A DNA stretch of 58,022 nucleotides, taken from positions 1-58,022 of IMG/VR virus record IMGVR_UViG_3300031994_000017, one strand, 5' to 3'. Of the stretch, positions 57,558 to 58,022 are shown one piece after another. The notes below the pieces were generated by a model, which saw nothing but the letters and a program-made list of their open reading frames with translations, was not told where the DNA came from and did not search any database. The position numbers were made by a program, and so were the translations under genes. Source of the stretch: a virus. Lineage: Duplodnaviria; Heunggongvirae; Uroviricota; Caudoviricetes. Positions within the stretch are counted from its first letter, which is position 1, and every line of letters begins with the position of its first letter.

Positions 57558-57586
57558 ATTATATGAAAAATTTTTAAGAAAGTCAA
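57558..57586 (-). promoter_or_regulatory. sigmaA promoter
   Basis: TTGACT-17-TATAAT. Confidence 0.65.
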
Positions 57587-58022
57587 GAAATTTTTATATA
57601 TTTTCTTAAAAATTCTTCTTCTGAGTAAATGGGAATGTTGAGACGTTTTGCGGAAACATTTTTACTTGAAGTGCTATTAATATTATTGTTAATCAGACAA
57701 TCTACTTTTGAGCTAATGGCAGTAACAACTTTGCCGCCATTTTGCTCAATTAAGGATTTTAATTCATCCCTATTTTTGAATTTTTCCAAACGTCCCGTAA
57801 TGACTACTGAAAAACTATCATTATTGTTTGTTTTGGGCAATTCTACAGAAGTAAAAGTTAATTCTGTGAAAACTTCATCGGCCATTGAAAAATCAAAGCC
57901 GCAAATTGCCGCAGTTTTTTCTGGACCAAAACCATTAAACTTAGAAAAATCAAAATTGTCGGCGGCCTTTTCTTTAAGGTCTTCGTATGTTGTAATACCA
58001 TTCTTTACGAGTTCTTTAGCGA
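57583..58022 (-). CDS. ligA: NAD-dependent DNA ligase, C-terminal HhH/BRCT part (truncated)
   Basis: BRCT pattern VVITGRL...RDELKSLIEQNGGKV...SSKNVSAKRLNIPIYSEEEF; frame open to the window edge. Confidence 0.8.
   Translation of the reverse strand, partial: AKELVKNGITTYEDLKEKAADNFDFSKFNGFGPEKTAAICGFDFSMADEVFTELTFTSVELPKTNNNDSFSVVITGRLEKFKNRDELKSLIEQNGGKVVTAISSKVDCLINNNINSTSSKNVSAKRLNIPIYSEEEFLRKYIKIS

Noticed and set aside
35701-57885. + strand ORFs in the replication arm (35701, 36635, 36780, 39116, 41227, 46748, 50772, 53421, 55573, 56174)
   Set aside because: Antisense shadows of well-supported minus-strand genes.
1-58022. TGA or TAA recoding
   Set aside because: Both end genes right before the next SD or start, for example TGA at 585, 954, 8214 and ATGA overlaps.
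1-58022. tRNA, rRNA, CRISPR array, integrase or IS element
   Set aside because: No cloverleaf, repeat-spacer array or transposase motif seen by eye; intergenic spaces are short. tRNAscan-SE would be decisive.

Overview
Part of a large, AT-rich siphovirus-type phage genome, probably infecting an anaerobic gut Firmicute (class III RNR, sigmaA-type promoters, Clostridia-style CHAP domain). It reads TAG as glutamine (genetic code 15), so the standard-code ORF track is fragmented; same-frame fragments join through TAG into full genes ending in TAA/TGA. The + strand (1-35.3 kb) carries terminase, portal, protease/scaffold, capsid, neck, tail tube, a ~3,207-aa tape measure, baseplate genes, a CHAP-domain tail protein, a holin and a six-gene spore-surface-like cassette. 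The - strand (35.4-58 kb) carries replication and nucleotide-metabolism genes (RuvC-like, dUTPase, nrdD/nrdG, DnaE-type polymerase, RecD- and RecJ-like, primase, DnaB, Sak4-like, SSB-like, ThyX-like, ligA). TAG is unevenly used: none in the core replisome or major capsid, dense in tail and lysis genes. Other signals: a 4-copy candidate late-promoter motif, a split baseplate hub with an inserted endolysin-type CHAP domain, an ATG-TAG gene start, tandem NrdR-like boxes and apparent GCGG enrichment. No tRNA or release factor gene was seen. All coordinates and counts are by hand; no searches were run.
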